Positions 37,867 through 46,758 of a DNA stretch of 50,811 nucleotides are shown here, in pieces (within the stretch, counting starts at the first letter, position 1; each line of letters starts with the position of its first letter). The notes beneath the pieces are model-generated. The model saw nothing but the letters and a program-made list of their open reading frames with translations, was not told where the DNA came from and searched no databases. The position numbers were made by a program, and so were the translations under genes. Source of the stretch: a virus (Duplodnaviria; Caudoviricetes); the IMG/VR virus record IMGVR_UViG_3300037485_001666, positions 1-50,811 of that record; one strand, given 5' to 3'.

Positions 37867-38433
37867 GTGGCAACCATCATGACGGTGCAGGAATTTATAG
37901 CATCCATGAAGACCATGAACAAAGGTCTTGACCGTCAGTTTGCCAAGTTCACTCTCTACGTTGCAACGGGTGTTCGCCGTGAGGCGATCCGGAATGCACA
38001 GCGGACTTTCAACAAAACTCAACGGGTCAACTCTCGCGGAGGTTCTGTCGCTGGAGTGCGTGGCGGTCTCGCTGGTTCAATCCAGCTCGGCATCGTCGGG
38101 CGATGGCCTGGTGTGACTATTGGGAGTCCGACTGTTCCGTACGCTGCCATCCACGAGTTTGGCGGCGTCATTCGCGCAAAGAAGCGCTTCCTCACGATTC
38201 CACTGGATCCACTATTTCAGGGACGCAGGGCGCGTGAGTTCAGCACCCTAGGGTTCGTTCGTGTCAGGGGTAATCTGTTCCTGGTCGACAAGCTCACGGG
38301 CGTCTTTGCGTACCTTCTCAAGCCCAGCGTTCGTATGCCTGCGCGGCCCTACTTGGCACCCGCCATGGAGACGATCGCGAATGCACCGGACACTGAGGCA
38401 CAGGCACAGAAACTTTTCGGAGGACTTATCTGA
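37867..38433 (+). CDS. Neck / tail completion protein (HK97 gp10-like)
   Basis: GGLAGSI, VPYAAIHEFGG, MPARPYLAPA. Confidence 0.8.
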   Translation: MATIMTVQEFIASMKTMNKGLDRQFAKFTLYVATGVRREAIRNAQRTFNKTQRVNSRGGSVAGVRGGLAGSIQLGIVGRWPGVTIGSPTVPYAAIHEFGGVIRAKKRFLTIPLDPLFQGRRAREFSTLGFVRVRGNLFLVDKLTGVFAYLLKPSVRMPARPYLAPAMETIANAPDTEAQAQKLFGGLI

Positions 38434-38912
38434 TGGCCACACCCGGACAGCGAGTCCTCGCAGCTCTCCAAGCAAGGCTTCAAAAAATCACGGTGGCGAA
38501 CGGCTATCCGATCACAGTGAAAGAAGTTCTGCTGAACAAAGGAGAAATCGAGTTTTCGATAGGTGCAGATCGATTGCCACTCATCGACATAATCCAGGTG
38601 ACGGAAAACTACGAGCCTGAATCCTCGGGCTACGTTGGCGTCAACGCTGCTGTCATCCTTCGTTTGGTGATGCCGCAAGGCAACACGGACTCGAATATGG
38701 AGGAGTTTAAGAGTGCGGTCGTCAGGAACATCTACTCAGATGGCTACGCTATGTCGGGACACGCGGGTGTCCATCTCTCGGACGCCAACGGCGGAACCAT
38801 TGCGTGGCCCAGGCTGATTTCCTGCGAGGCTGACATTGCGTTGGTCAACGGAAATCGAATCTATGCTCTCATGATCGAGTTACACAGTAAGAGAACTTTC
38901 AGAGAATTCTGA
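38433..38912 (+). CDS. Putative tail terminator
   Basis: LQKITVANGY motif and synteny. Confidence 0.6.
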   Translation: MATPGQRVLAALQARLQKITVANGYPITVKEVLLNKGEIEFSIGADRLPLIDIIQVTENYEPESSGYVGVNAAVILRLVMPQGNTDSNMEEFKSAVVRNIYSDGYAMSGHAGVHLSDANGGTIAWPRLISCEADIALVNGNRIYALMIELHSKRTFREF

Positions 38913-38926
38913 TGGAGGATTTTGAT

Positions 38927-39718
38927 ATGGGAAGGTTTGGTAGGCTTTACGTTTTAGGGTGCGTTTTGCTTGGGTTTGTCGGGTTCGCTGTGGCGCAAAC
39001 CTCGATCACAAATCCAGCTTCGGTGGAAGTGATCAACAGAGCGGCAAAGGTTCAGTACCAGTTGTCTGTTGCTATCGCAACGGGCACGCCATCGGCAATC
39101 AGTTTCACCGACCGCAAGGGTGGTGCTCTCAGTTCAACCCGAGACGGCGCATGGATTGAGATTGCTGGAATTCCGTATTGGGTGAAATCTGCGAAGTCTC
39201 TTTCACTTCCAGCCGACCTTGATGGCGCAAGTGGATGGACCCAGTATGACGGCGCACCTCTGTTCGTTTATGCAATCTACAATGCCGCCACGGGCGTGAA
39301 TCTGTGCATCGGAGACGAGCCCAACCGCACGACCAAAGGTGCTGTGGTGGCTCCAAATTATGGTTATATGCTCTGCGGTGGAACGACTGCGACGAGTTCT
39401 CCCGTCCGCATGATTGGCAAAGTCACGATGAATACCACTCCCAATACCGTCACTGGCTATACAGAAGCTGGGATCGAAAACGGTGTGTGGGTGTTCCCCT
39501 ACAAGTTCGCAGGCCAGGCTAGTTCCGCTGCTGGTGGCGCAACCACAAGTTACACGGTGGCAGGGCTGACCGGTTCCAACAAGTGCATGACTCAGAACGT
39601 TGAGCAAGGCGTTGGCACTGTCCTCAAGGCAGTTCCCACATCCGATGCGATCATTGTGACCTATGCAGTGACTCCAGTCGGCACGCCGACCACGACCATC
39701 AACTATATTTGCTGGTAA
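38927..39718 (+). CDS. Beta-rich protein with apparent Sec signal peptide
   Basis: MGRFGR-LYVLGCVLLGFVGF-AVA|Q; GGAGG SD before ATG 38927. Confidence 0.6.
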   Translation: MGRFGRLYVLGCVLLGFVGFAVAQTSITNPASVEVINRAAKVQYQLSVAIATGTPSAISFTDRKGGALSSTRDGAWIEIAGIPYWVKSAKSLSLPADLDGASGWTQYDGAPLFVYAIYNAATGVNLCIGDEPNRTTKGAVVAPNYGYMLCGGTTATSSPVRMIGKVTMNTTPNTVTGYTEAGIENGVWVFPYKFAGQASSAAGGATTSYTVAGLTGSNKCMTQNVEQGVGTVLKAVPTSDAIIVTYAVTPVGTPTTTINYICW

Positions 39719-39769
39719 GGACCAGCGCGGAATCTAGTTCTCTAACGTATCTTTTCGGAGGTTTTGACC

Positions 39770-41377
39770 ATGGCAAAGTGGAGATCCAGTTTCAACTTCT
39801 CCAGCCAGTATTCGAGCAACAAACAAGGTTTCTCGATTGGCATTGAGAACTTCGTTTTCCTCAAGGAAGAGTCCGTGGCCGGAACCTTCGTGGCTCCCGG
39901 CATCGGCACCCAGGGCATGATCACCGGAGCGGCTGCGGCATCGTCGGACCTTGCCGGTTCTGCCAACGTCCTCATCAAAGCCGCGATCGACGGTGAGGCT
40001 GCCGTCACGGGAACGGCTGTGCTCACGACGGCATCGACACCCACGCTCATCGCCGCTGCGGCCGAGCTGGCTCTCAACACGGCCCTTGCAGCCGCAGGAC
40101 AGGACGGCCGCGTCTGGGCGACGTTCTCGGGTGCTGGCGCTTCCCTGGCCTACATCCTCAGAAGCCAGAAGCCCGGAACCTTTTCGTCCGTTGCTATCCA
40201 GGCCGCGGCTTCCCTCGACTTCGCAGGCGACCTGAAGCTCGACAGTGGCAGCTCTCCAGTGGCTGTTGCTGGAACCTATTCAGCCGACTTCCTTTGGCAG
40301 ACAAAGTTTGGTGCCAAGTACGAACAACCGTTTGAGCCCTCGGCTCACAAGGTCGGTCGTCAGGCCGCCGACATTATTCTCAGCAAGAAGAAGGTCGAAG
40401 GCGATCTTGAAACCTATGTGTGCTTCTCAGAGACCGCAGCATCCGCCGTGGTGGACACTCCCATCCAGCTCCTGCTGGAACAGATCATGGGCGTGAAGGA
40501 CACGACTGAGGTCGGCGTGATCAAATTCAACGCCAAAAATGGACCAACGAAATACTTCACCGCCGTTCAAGGCAACAACATTTTCAGTCGAGTTGTGACC
40601 GGAGCCTACGTCAAGAACAACAAGTTGACGCTCCCCGGCGACTCACCTGCGAAATACACCTTCCAGTTCAAGGGACGGGACGCGAAGGAAGCAGGCATCG
40701 CTCGGGTCAACGCGGCTGCAAGTGCCAGCATCCAAACGATGGAGACAGGCGAAGGCCTGCGTTTCGACATCCTGTCCAGAGTTATGCACGTCAGTAGCGA
40801 TGGACGAACCGTGTTGGCAGGTTCTGCCGGCGACCTCACGGTCTCTGCTGCGGCTTCTTCCAGCATGACTTTCAGCCAGGTCTTGGCAACGGCCAGCGGT
40901 GATTTCATTGTCGGCTGGATGCCTCACGTCTTTGGCTTCGCTGGACAGAACACGCCTGTGGTTGGTCTTGAGGGAACCATTTCTTTCGACGGTGGAAGCT
41001 CCACCATCGAGCAAATCCGAAACGTCGAGTTCACGTTCGACCCCAAAGTCGAGGACCAGGACAACTGGTACGGGGCTGACTCGAACCGTGGATATATCGT
41101 TGCGGACAAGGCAGAAATCAACCTGAAAGTCGACATGCTTCTGAGTGCATCGGAATGGTCTAAGGTCATCGCAGCCAAGAGCCAAACCACTTATGCCATG
41201 AGAATCATTCTTGGCGACGGTTCGGGACGACGGCTCCAGCTCGACATTCCCAAGTTCATTCCGAAGAGCCCCGCCGTGGAATTGCCAGACAGCGGTTCCG
41301 TGATGGTGTCCTACGAGGGTCCTTGTCTCCAGAGTGCGATTGGTGAAAACGACGCTTTCGAGTTATCCTACCGGTAA
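39770..41377 (+). CDS. Major tail tube protein
   Basis: FLKEESVAGTF, KKKVEGDLETY, LQLDIPK, FELSYR; GGAGG SD; followed by a terminator. Confidence 0.75.
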   Translation: MAKWRSSFNFSSQYSSNKQGFSIGIENFVFLKEESVAGTFVAPGIGTQGMITGAAAASSDLAGSANVLIKAAIDGEAAVTGTAVLTTASTPTLIAAAAELALNTALAAAGQDGRVWATFSGAGASLAYILRSQKPGTFSSVAIQAAASLDFAGDLKLDSGSSPVAVAGTYSADFLWQTKFGAKYEQPFEPSAHKVGRQAADIILSKKKVEGDLETYVCFSETAASAVVDTPIQLLLEQIMGVKDTTEVGVIKFNAKNGPTKYFTAVQGNNIFSRVVTGAYVKNNKLTLPGDSPAKYTFQFKGRDAKEAGIARVNAAASASIQTMETGEGLRFDILSRVMHVSSDGRTVLAGSAGDLTVSAAASSSMTFSQVLATASGDFIVGWMPHVFGFAGQNTPVVGLEGTISFDGGSSTIEQIRNVEFTFDPKVEDQDNWYGADSNRGYIVADKAEINLKVDMLLSASEWSKVIAAKSQTTYAMRIILGDGSGRRLQLDIPKFIPKSPAVELPDSGSVMVSYEGPCLQSAIGENDAFELSYR

Positions 41378-41405
41378 GCGATCCTGTTTTGCATGAACCA
41401 ATCTG

Positions 41406-41436
41406 GCATCTGTCACTTGACAGGTGCTTCTTTTTT
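41406..41436 (+). terminator. Rho-independent terminator after the tail tube gene
   Basis: GCATCTGTC-ACTT-GACAGGTGC hairpin followed by TTCTTTTTT. Confidence 0.7.
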
Positions 41437-41477
41437 GTCCATCATTCCTTTAGTCCAATGGGTTAACGAACATTGCT

Positions 41478-41503
41478 GCCTCCGCTTCCTGTGGAGGCTT
41501 TTT
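41478..41503 (+). terminator. Second terminator-like hairpin
   Basis: GCCTCC-9 nt-GGAGGC followed by TTTTT. Confidence 0.5.
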
Positions 41504-41691
41504 CACGGAGAGGGTTCTCGTGGATAGACAAGAAAAGGAAGCGCTCATCACGAAGTCGTTTGCCAGTATGGGACTCTGCAACATTCAGTCATTCGAGCAT
41601 CTTGACGAATGGCGCACCCGAGTGGTCGTCCAGTACATGGAATCCGGTTTCTCAATGGTCCACTCAATCATTGTCACAGAAGGAATACCCA

Positions 41692-42336
41692 ATGACAGAA
41701 GATGCAATCTATGGAGCAGACTACCTCGCAAAGTTCAAGCGCCTGGAGTCTATCGAAAGCACCTGGGCACTCAACCGTTGGCGTGCGGAGAAAGCACGGA
41801 TGAGCCTTGTCGATTCAGCGCCTGTGATTATTGACGTTGGGTGCGCGGCGGGAACCTTTATCAAGGCAATGAAAAACAAACTTCCCTGCGCTCGTGTGGT
41901 CGGCATCGACATCAATCCGTTGGCCGTCGCGGAATGTACAGCGGCTTCCATTGAGGCATACACCAACGAGCAGTTTGAATATGTGTGGGAGAATCACTTC
42001 TCGAAGTTCCACTTGTTGATGACCTTCTGGGACAGCCTCGAACACATGAGAGACCCCATCGGGTTTCTCGACAAGTACAAACCCAATCAGATTTGCGTCA
42101 GCTTGCCTTGCCTGGACGGATTTCTCATGCACCATTCCAGCATCGACATCGTGCTGTGGAAACACCACCGACCTTTGGAACACCTGTGGACGTTCACGGC
42201 GTATCAGTTCCAGGAGTTCATGAAACGTGCTGGCTATAAGGTCGACGAAGGCCCTATTTTCGGTGAGAGCTTCTGGCGAAGGGACGACGTACTCGGGGAA
42301 AAAAACATCATGACTTTTATTCTGAGTCGTGTTTGA
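41692..42336 (+). CDS. Class I SAM-dependent methyltransferase
   Basis: IIDVGCAAG, VGIDIN, TFWDSLEHMRDP, WKHHRPLEHLW. Confidence 0.85.
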   Translation: MTEDAIYGADYLAKFKRLESIESTWALNRWRAEKARMSLVDSAPVIIDVGCAAGTFIKAMKNKLPCARVVGIDINPLAVAECTAASIEAYTNEQFEYVWENHFSKFHLLMTFWDSLEHMRDPIGFLDKYKPNQICVSLPCLDGFLMHHSSIDIVLWKHHRPLEHLWTFTAYQFQEFMKRAGYKVDEGPIFGESFWRRDDVLGEKNIMTFILSRV

Positions 42337-42607
42337 TCATGCCTGCCTCGGGTATCTCTGGACCGAACATGTGGTTCACGAAGACGACAGAATCGTAGAC
42401 GGGAATCTGTCTGACAAACCATTCAACGATGCCTAGTTGCTTGATCAATTCCTCTGGCCTTTTCTTGGCCGCTTCCATGTTGGCAAGATGCTCACGTTCT
42501 TTTCGCACCATCAAGAGAAGAACCTTTTGATACCAATTACAGGTGTCGTCGTCGTACACCTTTTTCTTGTCGCCTTCGCCTATCGTAATTTCGCAGTTTG
42601 TTTCCAC
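42317..42607 (-). CDS. Hypothetical protein
   Basis: GGAGG upstream of GTG; follows the GT9 gene on the same strand. Confidence 0.55.
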   Translation of the reverse strand: METNCEITIGEGDKKKVYDDDTCNWYQKVLLLMVRKEREHLANMEAAKKRPEELIKQLGIVEWFVRQIPVYDSVVFVNHMFGPEIPEAGMIKHDSE

Positions 42608-43590
42608 GGTCTCTCAGCCTCCATTTTGATTAGTGCGTTGATGCAAGCCTGCGCCACAACCTTTGCGGACTCAGTTCGGGTGGGTGCGTCTCGGAGGCTT
42701 ATTCGCTCCTCAAGAAGCTTGTTCTGCGTGGGATAGTAGTCATCTTTCGCAGGTACAATAGTTGAGCGATAGTCCTGACTGCCATTCCTGTGTGGCATCC
42801 TAAACTCTGGATTGATCAATGATGCAGCATAGACAATGTGACACCTATTGGAACATCCTGCGATGGGCAAGTGTCCCGTCTCCGTCGTCAGAACGACCTC
42901 ACATTCATCGTAGAGTGCGGCCAATTGATGCAGTGAAGTCATGTTGTATAAGCATAAGTCGTGTGGAATGAGGGATGCAGGGTGGAGACCTTTCTTTTCA
43001 TTCACCTCAAGGACGTCTGTATCCGCTCCGATATCTCTTGGACTGATGTCTCGACCCACGAGAACGACAGCAAACCCAGCCTCACGCACCCGCGCAGCAA
43101 TGGACGCGTACCACTCGACTGGCATGGTCCGGCTCGGCCACCCGATGACCGGAGACATTGCGAGAACAGCACGTCGGGTTTTCCCGTCCCTGCGATGACG
43201 GATGGCATTCAACCGCGCCCTAGCGTGAAAAGATTGAGCTTCTGTCCAGAACAGGTCGAGGGACTTGTCCTTGTTCACGAGCATGGCGCGGAATAGGTTT
43301 GCAGAAATGTAGTCAACCGTGTGCGATTGAGGATGAGACACACCGGCAAGAGAGTTCCCAACCATGAAATGACCCCATGGATAGAACATCGTAGCGATCG
43401 GAATATGGTCAGTATTGCACTTATACATGTTGTCTATGTAGGGATTGTTTAGGAACGGCTCCGCGTTCTTGACCCACATGTCAACTATGTATCCCTTTCT
43501 CTTGAGCATTCGAATGATAGGGGTGTGGTACAAAAGGTCGCCGAAACCAATGAACGTTGTCACGATCAAACACTTCTTCGCTTGCTCCAT
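42580..43590 (-). CDS. Glycosyltransferase family 9-like (heptosyltransferase fold)
   Basis: GFGDLLYHTP, FLNNPYID, WPSRT, TSLHQLAAL, TETGHLPIAG; AAGGAG SD. Confidence 0.82.
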   Translation of the reverse strand: MEQAKKCLIVTTFIGFGDLLYHTPIIRMLKRKGYIVDMWVKNAEPFLNNPYIDNMYKCNTDHIPIATMFYPWGHFMVGNSLAGVSHPQSHTVDYISANLFRAMLVNKDKSLDLFWTEAQSFHARARLNAIRHRRDGKTRRAVLAMSPVIGWPSRTMPVEWYASIAARVREAGFAVVLVGRDISPRDIGADTDVLEVNEKKGLHPASLIPHDLCLYNMTSLHQLAALYDECEVVLTTETGHLPIAGCSNRCHIVYAASLINPEFRMPHRNGSQDYRSTIVPAKDDYYPTQNKLLEERISLRDAPTRTESAKVVAQACINALIKMEAERPWKQTAKLR

Positions 43591-43624
43591 TGAATCTCCT
43601 TCGGACTCGAAACGGCTATGATGG

Positions 43625-43662
43625 AGTGTCGCTTGACGAACGGCGGCTGTCAATCGTACCAT
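43625..43662. promoter_or_regulatory. Overlapping divergent sigma70-like promoters
   Basis: Rightward TTGACG-18 bp-TACCAT; leftward TTGACA-17 bp-GACACT. Confidence 0.6.
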
Positions 43663-43680
43663 CAAGAGAAGGAGACATCG

Positions 43681-43959
43681 ATGAAGAAGTACATTTTCGA
43701 CAAGTGCGGGAACGTTCTCTATGACTCAATCCGCGAAGCTGAACGAGATTTCGGAAAGACTTCTGTCTGTATAGCAAAGAGCGATAGCGTCGTTTTTCTG
43801 ACCCACGAGCAAGTCGAAGAGGCGGTTTCGCAGTATATTCGATCTAGGGGACCTACTAATGCCTCGACAAAGCAGAACGTCAGAAATGGGAAAGAAATGG
43901 CGACAACCGAGAAGACCGAAAACTCTAGGCCGTCCAGGCGGAAGACCGACAAAGTATAG
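43681..43959 (+). CDS. Small protein with NUMOD1-like motif
   Basis: AAGGAG SD; YDSIREAERDFG. Confidence 0.5.
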   Translation: MKKYIFDKCGNVLYDSIREAERDFGKTSVCIAKSDSVVFLTHEQVEEAVSQYIRSRGPTNASTKQNVRNGKEMATTEKTENSRPSRRKTDKV

Positions 43960-44392
43960 ACCAATCGACCATTGTCAAGCGCTGTGGGAACACCTCGCCG
44001 CAGGCCACACGATTGAATCCTTCGGGGCAATCATTGGTGTCCATCGGGAGACCGTCTTCGAATGGCTTGCTGTGCATAAGGAGTTCGCTGATGCCCGAGA
44101 GTTCGGTGAGCTTGCGCGCGCCCATCTCACAGAGAAGATTGGACTCAACCAAGCACTGACAGGACGAGGAAACTACTCGACCTGGATCGTCTTTGCGAAC
44201 AAGTACCTGGGTTGGAATCCTCCACAGCAGGGACACGTTCACCAAGGCGGCCTGACTCCCATCGGATTCAACTTCGGTGGCGCCACGACGGAAGAGAAGC
44301 GCGCGCGCCTGGACGAGCTTCTTGCCAAGCGGGAAGGCCGAACGAAGCCCGGGCAGGCCATCGACCTGTCGGTTGAGGAAAAGACCGAATGA
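43859..44392 (+). CDS. Terminase small subunit
   Basis: GRPTKY, IGVHRETVFEW..H.EFADA HTH; directly upstream of the large subunit. Confidence 0.82.
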   Translation: MPRQSRTSEMGKKWRQPRRPKTLGRPGGRPTKYRPIDHCQALWEHLAAGHTIESFGAIIGVHRETVFEWLAVHKEFADAREFGELARAHLTEKIGLNQALTGRGNYSTWIVFANKYLGWNPPQQGHVHQGGLTPIGFNFGGATTEEKRARLDELLAKREGRTKPGQAIDLSVEEKTE

Positions 44393-45843
44393 GCTTGACG
44401 GAGCGCGAACACGCCGAACTTGAGGCTCTGGCCTCCTGGGACGATCAGGTGTTCGACTTTCCGTTGTTCGTTCGTGAGACGTTCCCAAAGATTATGTGGG
44501 GCTGGTTTTACGATCACCTGTGTGAAGTGCTCACCAAATTTCTGTCCGCTACCGTCAGGGGGGAATCACCCCGCCTCATCGTGAACGTTCCCCCACGCCA
44601 CGGAAAAAGCGAAATTTGCACCGTTCGTTTCCCCTTGTGGGCCATGTTGAATCACCCCGGCCTGGAAATTATTGCATGCTCCTACGCCCAATCTTTGGCG
44701 ATTGACTTTTCAAGGAAGGCTCGGGAACTCGTGTTCCACCCTCACATCGAGGGGCTGTGGGGCAACCAATCGAGGGGGGGGAAGTTCGCAGCGGAAAAGT
44801 GGACTCTTGGCAACAAGTCCTCGTACCAAGCGACTTCCGTGCTTGGGTCCATCGTCGGCAAGGGCGCTCACATTTTGCTCATCGATGACCCAATGAAGAA
44901 TCTCCAGGAGGCGGATTCCTCGAACCACAGGGAGCGGATCTATGAGTGGTATGGATCGTCGGCCTACACCCGGCTTTCCCCCGGAGGTGGAGTCATTGTC
45001 ATCATGCAGCGGTGGCATGAGTTTGACCTGACGGGCCAGCTCCTGCGAGCCGAGAAGCTCGACGGTGGCGACAAGTGGGCTCACATTGAATACCAGGCCA
45101 TCGCCGAGAACGACGAACGGTGGCGCAAGAAAGGGGAAGCCCTGCTGCCCAACCGGTTCCCGGTCACCCTCCTCAGGAAGACCGAGAGCAACATGGTCAC
45201 CCGCGTCTGGCGTGCAAACTACATGCAGCGGCCCACTCGCAAGGGCGGCAACATTTTCCAGGCGGCATGGTTCCAACGCTTCGACAGCCTCCCGAAGTTC
45301 CGGGACGACGAGAGCCAGGAATGGATCAGTTCGTGGGACCTTCGCTTCGGAGCAAGCCAGAAGAAGTCGTCCTCTTTTGTCTGCGGTCAAATCTGGCTTC
45401 GGGTCGGTGCCAGAAAGTACCTCGTCGACCAAGCGCGTGGACGTTGGGATTTCTCGCAGACGCTCGACGCTTTCGAAAGCCTGCTGTCCAGGTATCCCCA
45501 ATGCCACACCCATCTCGTGGAGGACAAAGCGAACGGGCCGGCTATGCAAAGCATCCTGCAGGACAAGGTTTCAGGGATCCTCCTGAGAGCCCCCAAAGGC
45601 GACAAGGTGCAGCGTGCGGAAGCGGCCCAGCCGACGACCCGGGCCGGGAACGTCCACATCCCGGACGAGAATTATCATGTGTGGGTGACGACGTGGCTTG
45701 ACGAGGTCACGCGCTTTCCCGGAGCTGAGGACGACGACCAAGTTGACTGCATGAGTCAAGCAATAATCTACATGCTCGAAAATGAAACGTGTCTTGAGGA
45801 AGTGATTTGCATGGACGGATACCATGTGAATGAAGAGGATTGA
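44389..45843 (+). CDS. terL: Terminase large subunit
   Basis: Walker A VPPRHGKS, Walker B LLIDDPMK, IMQRWH, SWD, VEDKANG, DDDQVD nuclease motif. Confidence 0.96.
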   Translation: MSLTEREHAELEALASWDDQVFDFPLFVRETFPKIMWGWFYDHLCEVLTKFLSATVRGESPRLIVNVPPRHGKSEICTVRFPLWAMLNHPGLEIIACSYAQSLAIDFSRKARELVFHPHIEGLWGNQSRGGKFAAEKWTLGNKSSYQATSVLGSIVGKGAHILLIDDPMKNLQEADSSNHRERIYEWYGSSAYTRLSPGGGVIVIMQRWHEFDLTGQLLRAEKLDGGDKWAHIEYQAIAENDERWRKKGEALLPNRFPVTLLRKTESNMVTRVWRANYMQRPTRKGGNIFQAAWFQRFDSLPKFRDDESQEWISSWDLRFGASQKKSSSFVCGQIWLRVGARKYLVDQARGRWDFSQTLDAFESLLSRYPQCHTHLVEDKANGPAMQSILQDKVSGILLRAPKGDKVQRAEAAQPTTRAGNVHIPDENYHVWVTTWLDEVTRFPGAEDDDQVDCMSQAIIYMLENETCLEEVICMDGYHVNEED

Positions 45844-45854
45844 AAGGAGACAGT

Positions 45855-46376
45855 ATGGCTATCAGTTTGAAGGCTCGTGTGTCACGCAATGAAGTGAGAC
45901 TTATTTCTGTTCGGGACGAGGCTATTGACTGGGAGAAAATGGCTACCGGTGCGGGCCTGTCCGTGCCGGAAGCAAAGACCAAATATAGCAACGACAGAGA
46001 CCCGTCATTCCTCGCTTTCAAAGAGGGTCATTTGCCAACCGTGTTCGTTTTCAACGACCCCCGAAACGCAACATCCCACGGCAAGATGCAGAACCTTCTC
46101 ATTGGTATGTCTGGACTTGCTGAAGGCAAAAGCCAAGTGGACTCAAACCGAGTCGTCTGGGAAGAACTCTACGTTGGCAGCTTCGACGGCATTTGGGACG
46201 GCTCGCCATCACCAGTTAATCGTGATAAACGTGGACATCTCAATGATGCCTACATTCAAGCCTTGATCGATGCAGGTGTCTACATGGAATTAGCCTTGGC
46301 AATCGTGGCTATCTTTTCGACCAGCATCGAGGGAGGCTCGGTCTCCGAGGATTCAAAAAGTCCGCGCGTGGATTGA
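45855..46376 (+). CDS. Tail assembly chaperone (gpG-like)
   Basis: AAAGGAG SD; first of two ORFs preceding the tape measure. Confidence 0.6.
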   Translation: MAISLKARVSRNEVRLISVRDEAIDWEKMATGAGLSVPEAKTKYSNDRDPSFLAFKEGHLPTVFVFNDPRNATSHGKMQNLLIGMSGLAEGKSQVDSNRVVWEELYVGSFDGIWDGSPSPVNRDKRGHLNDAYIQALIDAGVYMELALAIVAIFSTSIEGGSVSEDSKSPRVD

Positions 46377-46758
46377 GTGGCAGTTCATCACACCTGAGGA
46401 AGTGGACAAAAAGGCGCTCTCCTGTGCCAAGTGCCACGCCGATACCAAGAGGCTCCGCAGGTGCGAGGAGGACCGATGGGACTTTGGCAAACGTGACGGG
46501 AGTTCGTTCCCCATCAAAATGCGCGACGAGCAGGACGGTTACGGATTCTGTCCGGCCAAAGTCATCCGGGACTCTCCCGGAACGACGGTTCTCTGTCAGG
46601 GTCTTTACGTCCAGTGGAAGGCAGGCAAGGTGGAATATGATAACCTAACTTTTGAAGAGGTCAATCGACTCTATCTTTTCATCCGGCGTTGGGAAGGTTT
46701 TGAAAAGTCTAGGGACTACCACTTCCTTTCCCGCCTGCTCGTGGGAGACAAGAAATAA
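46357..46758 (+). CDS. Tail assembly chaperone extension (gpT-like), probably reached by frameshift
   Basis: Frame open from 46294 across TCAAAAAG; no well-spaced SD for GTG 46402; TAATG coupling to the tape measure. Confidence 0.5.
   Translation, partial: KVRAWIEWQFITPEEVDKKALSCAKCHADTKRLRRCEEDRWDFGKRDGSSFPIKMRDEQDGYGFCPAKVIRDSPGTTVLCQGLYVQWKAGKVEYDNLTFEEVNRLYLFIRRWEGFEKSRDYHFLSRLLVGDKK

Noticed and set aside
41520-41834. 104-aa ORF before the methyltransferase
   Set aside because: It has a plausible SD but overlaps the methyltransferase by about 140 bp and shows no motif; left uncalled.
46373-46648. -1 frame ORF as the tail chaperone extension
   Set aside because: Low-complexity Ser/Arg/Pro sequence that ends about 110 bp short of the tape measure start.
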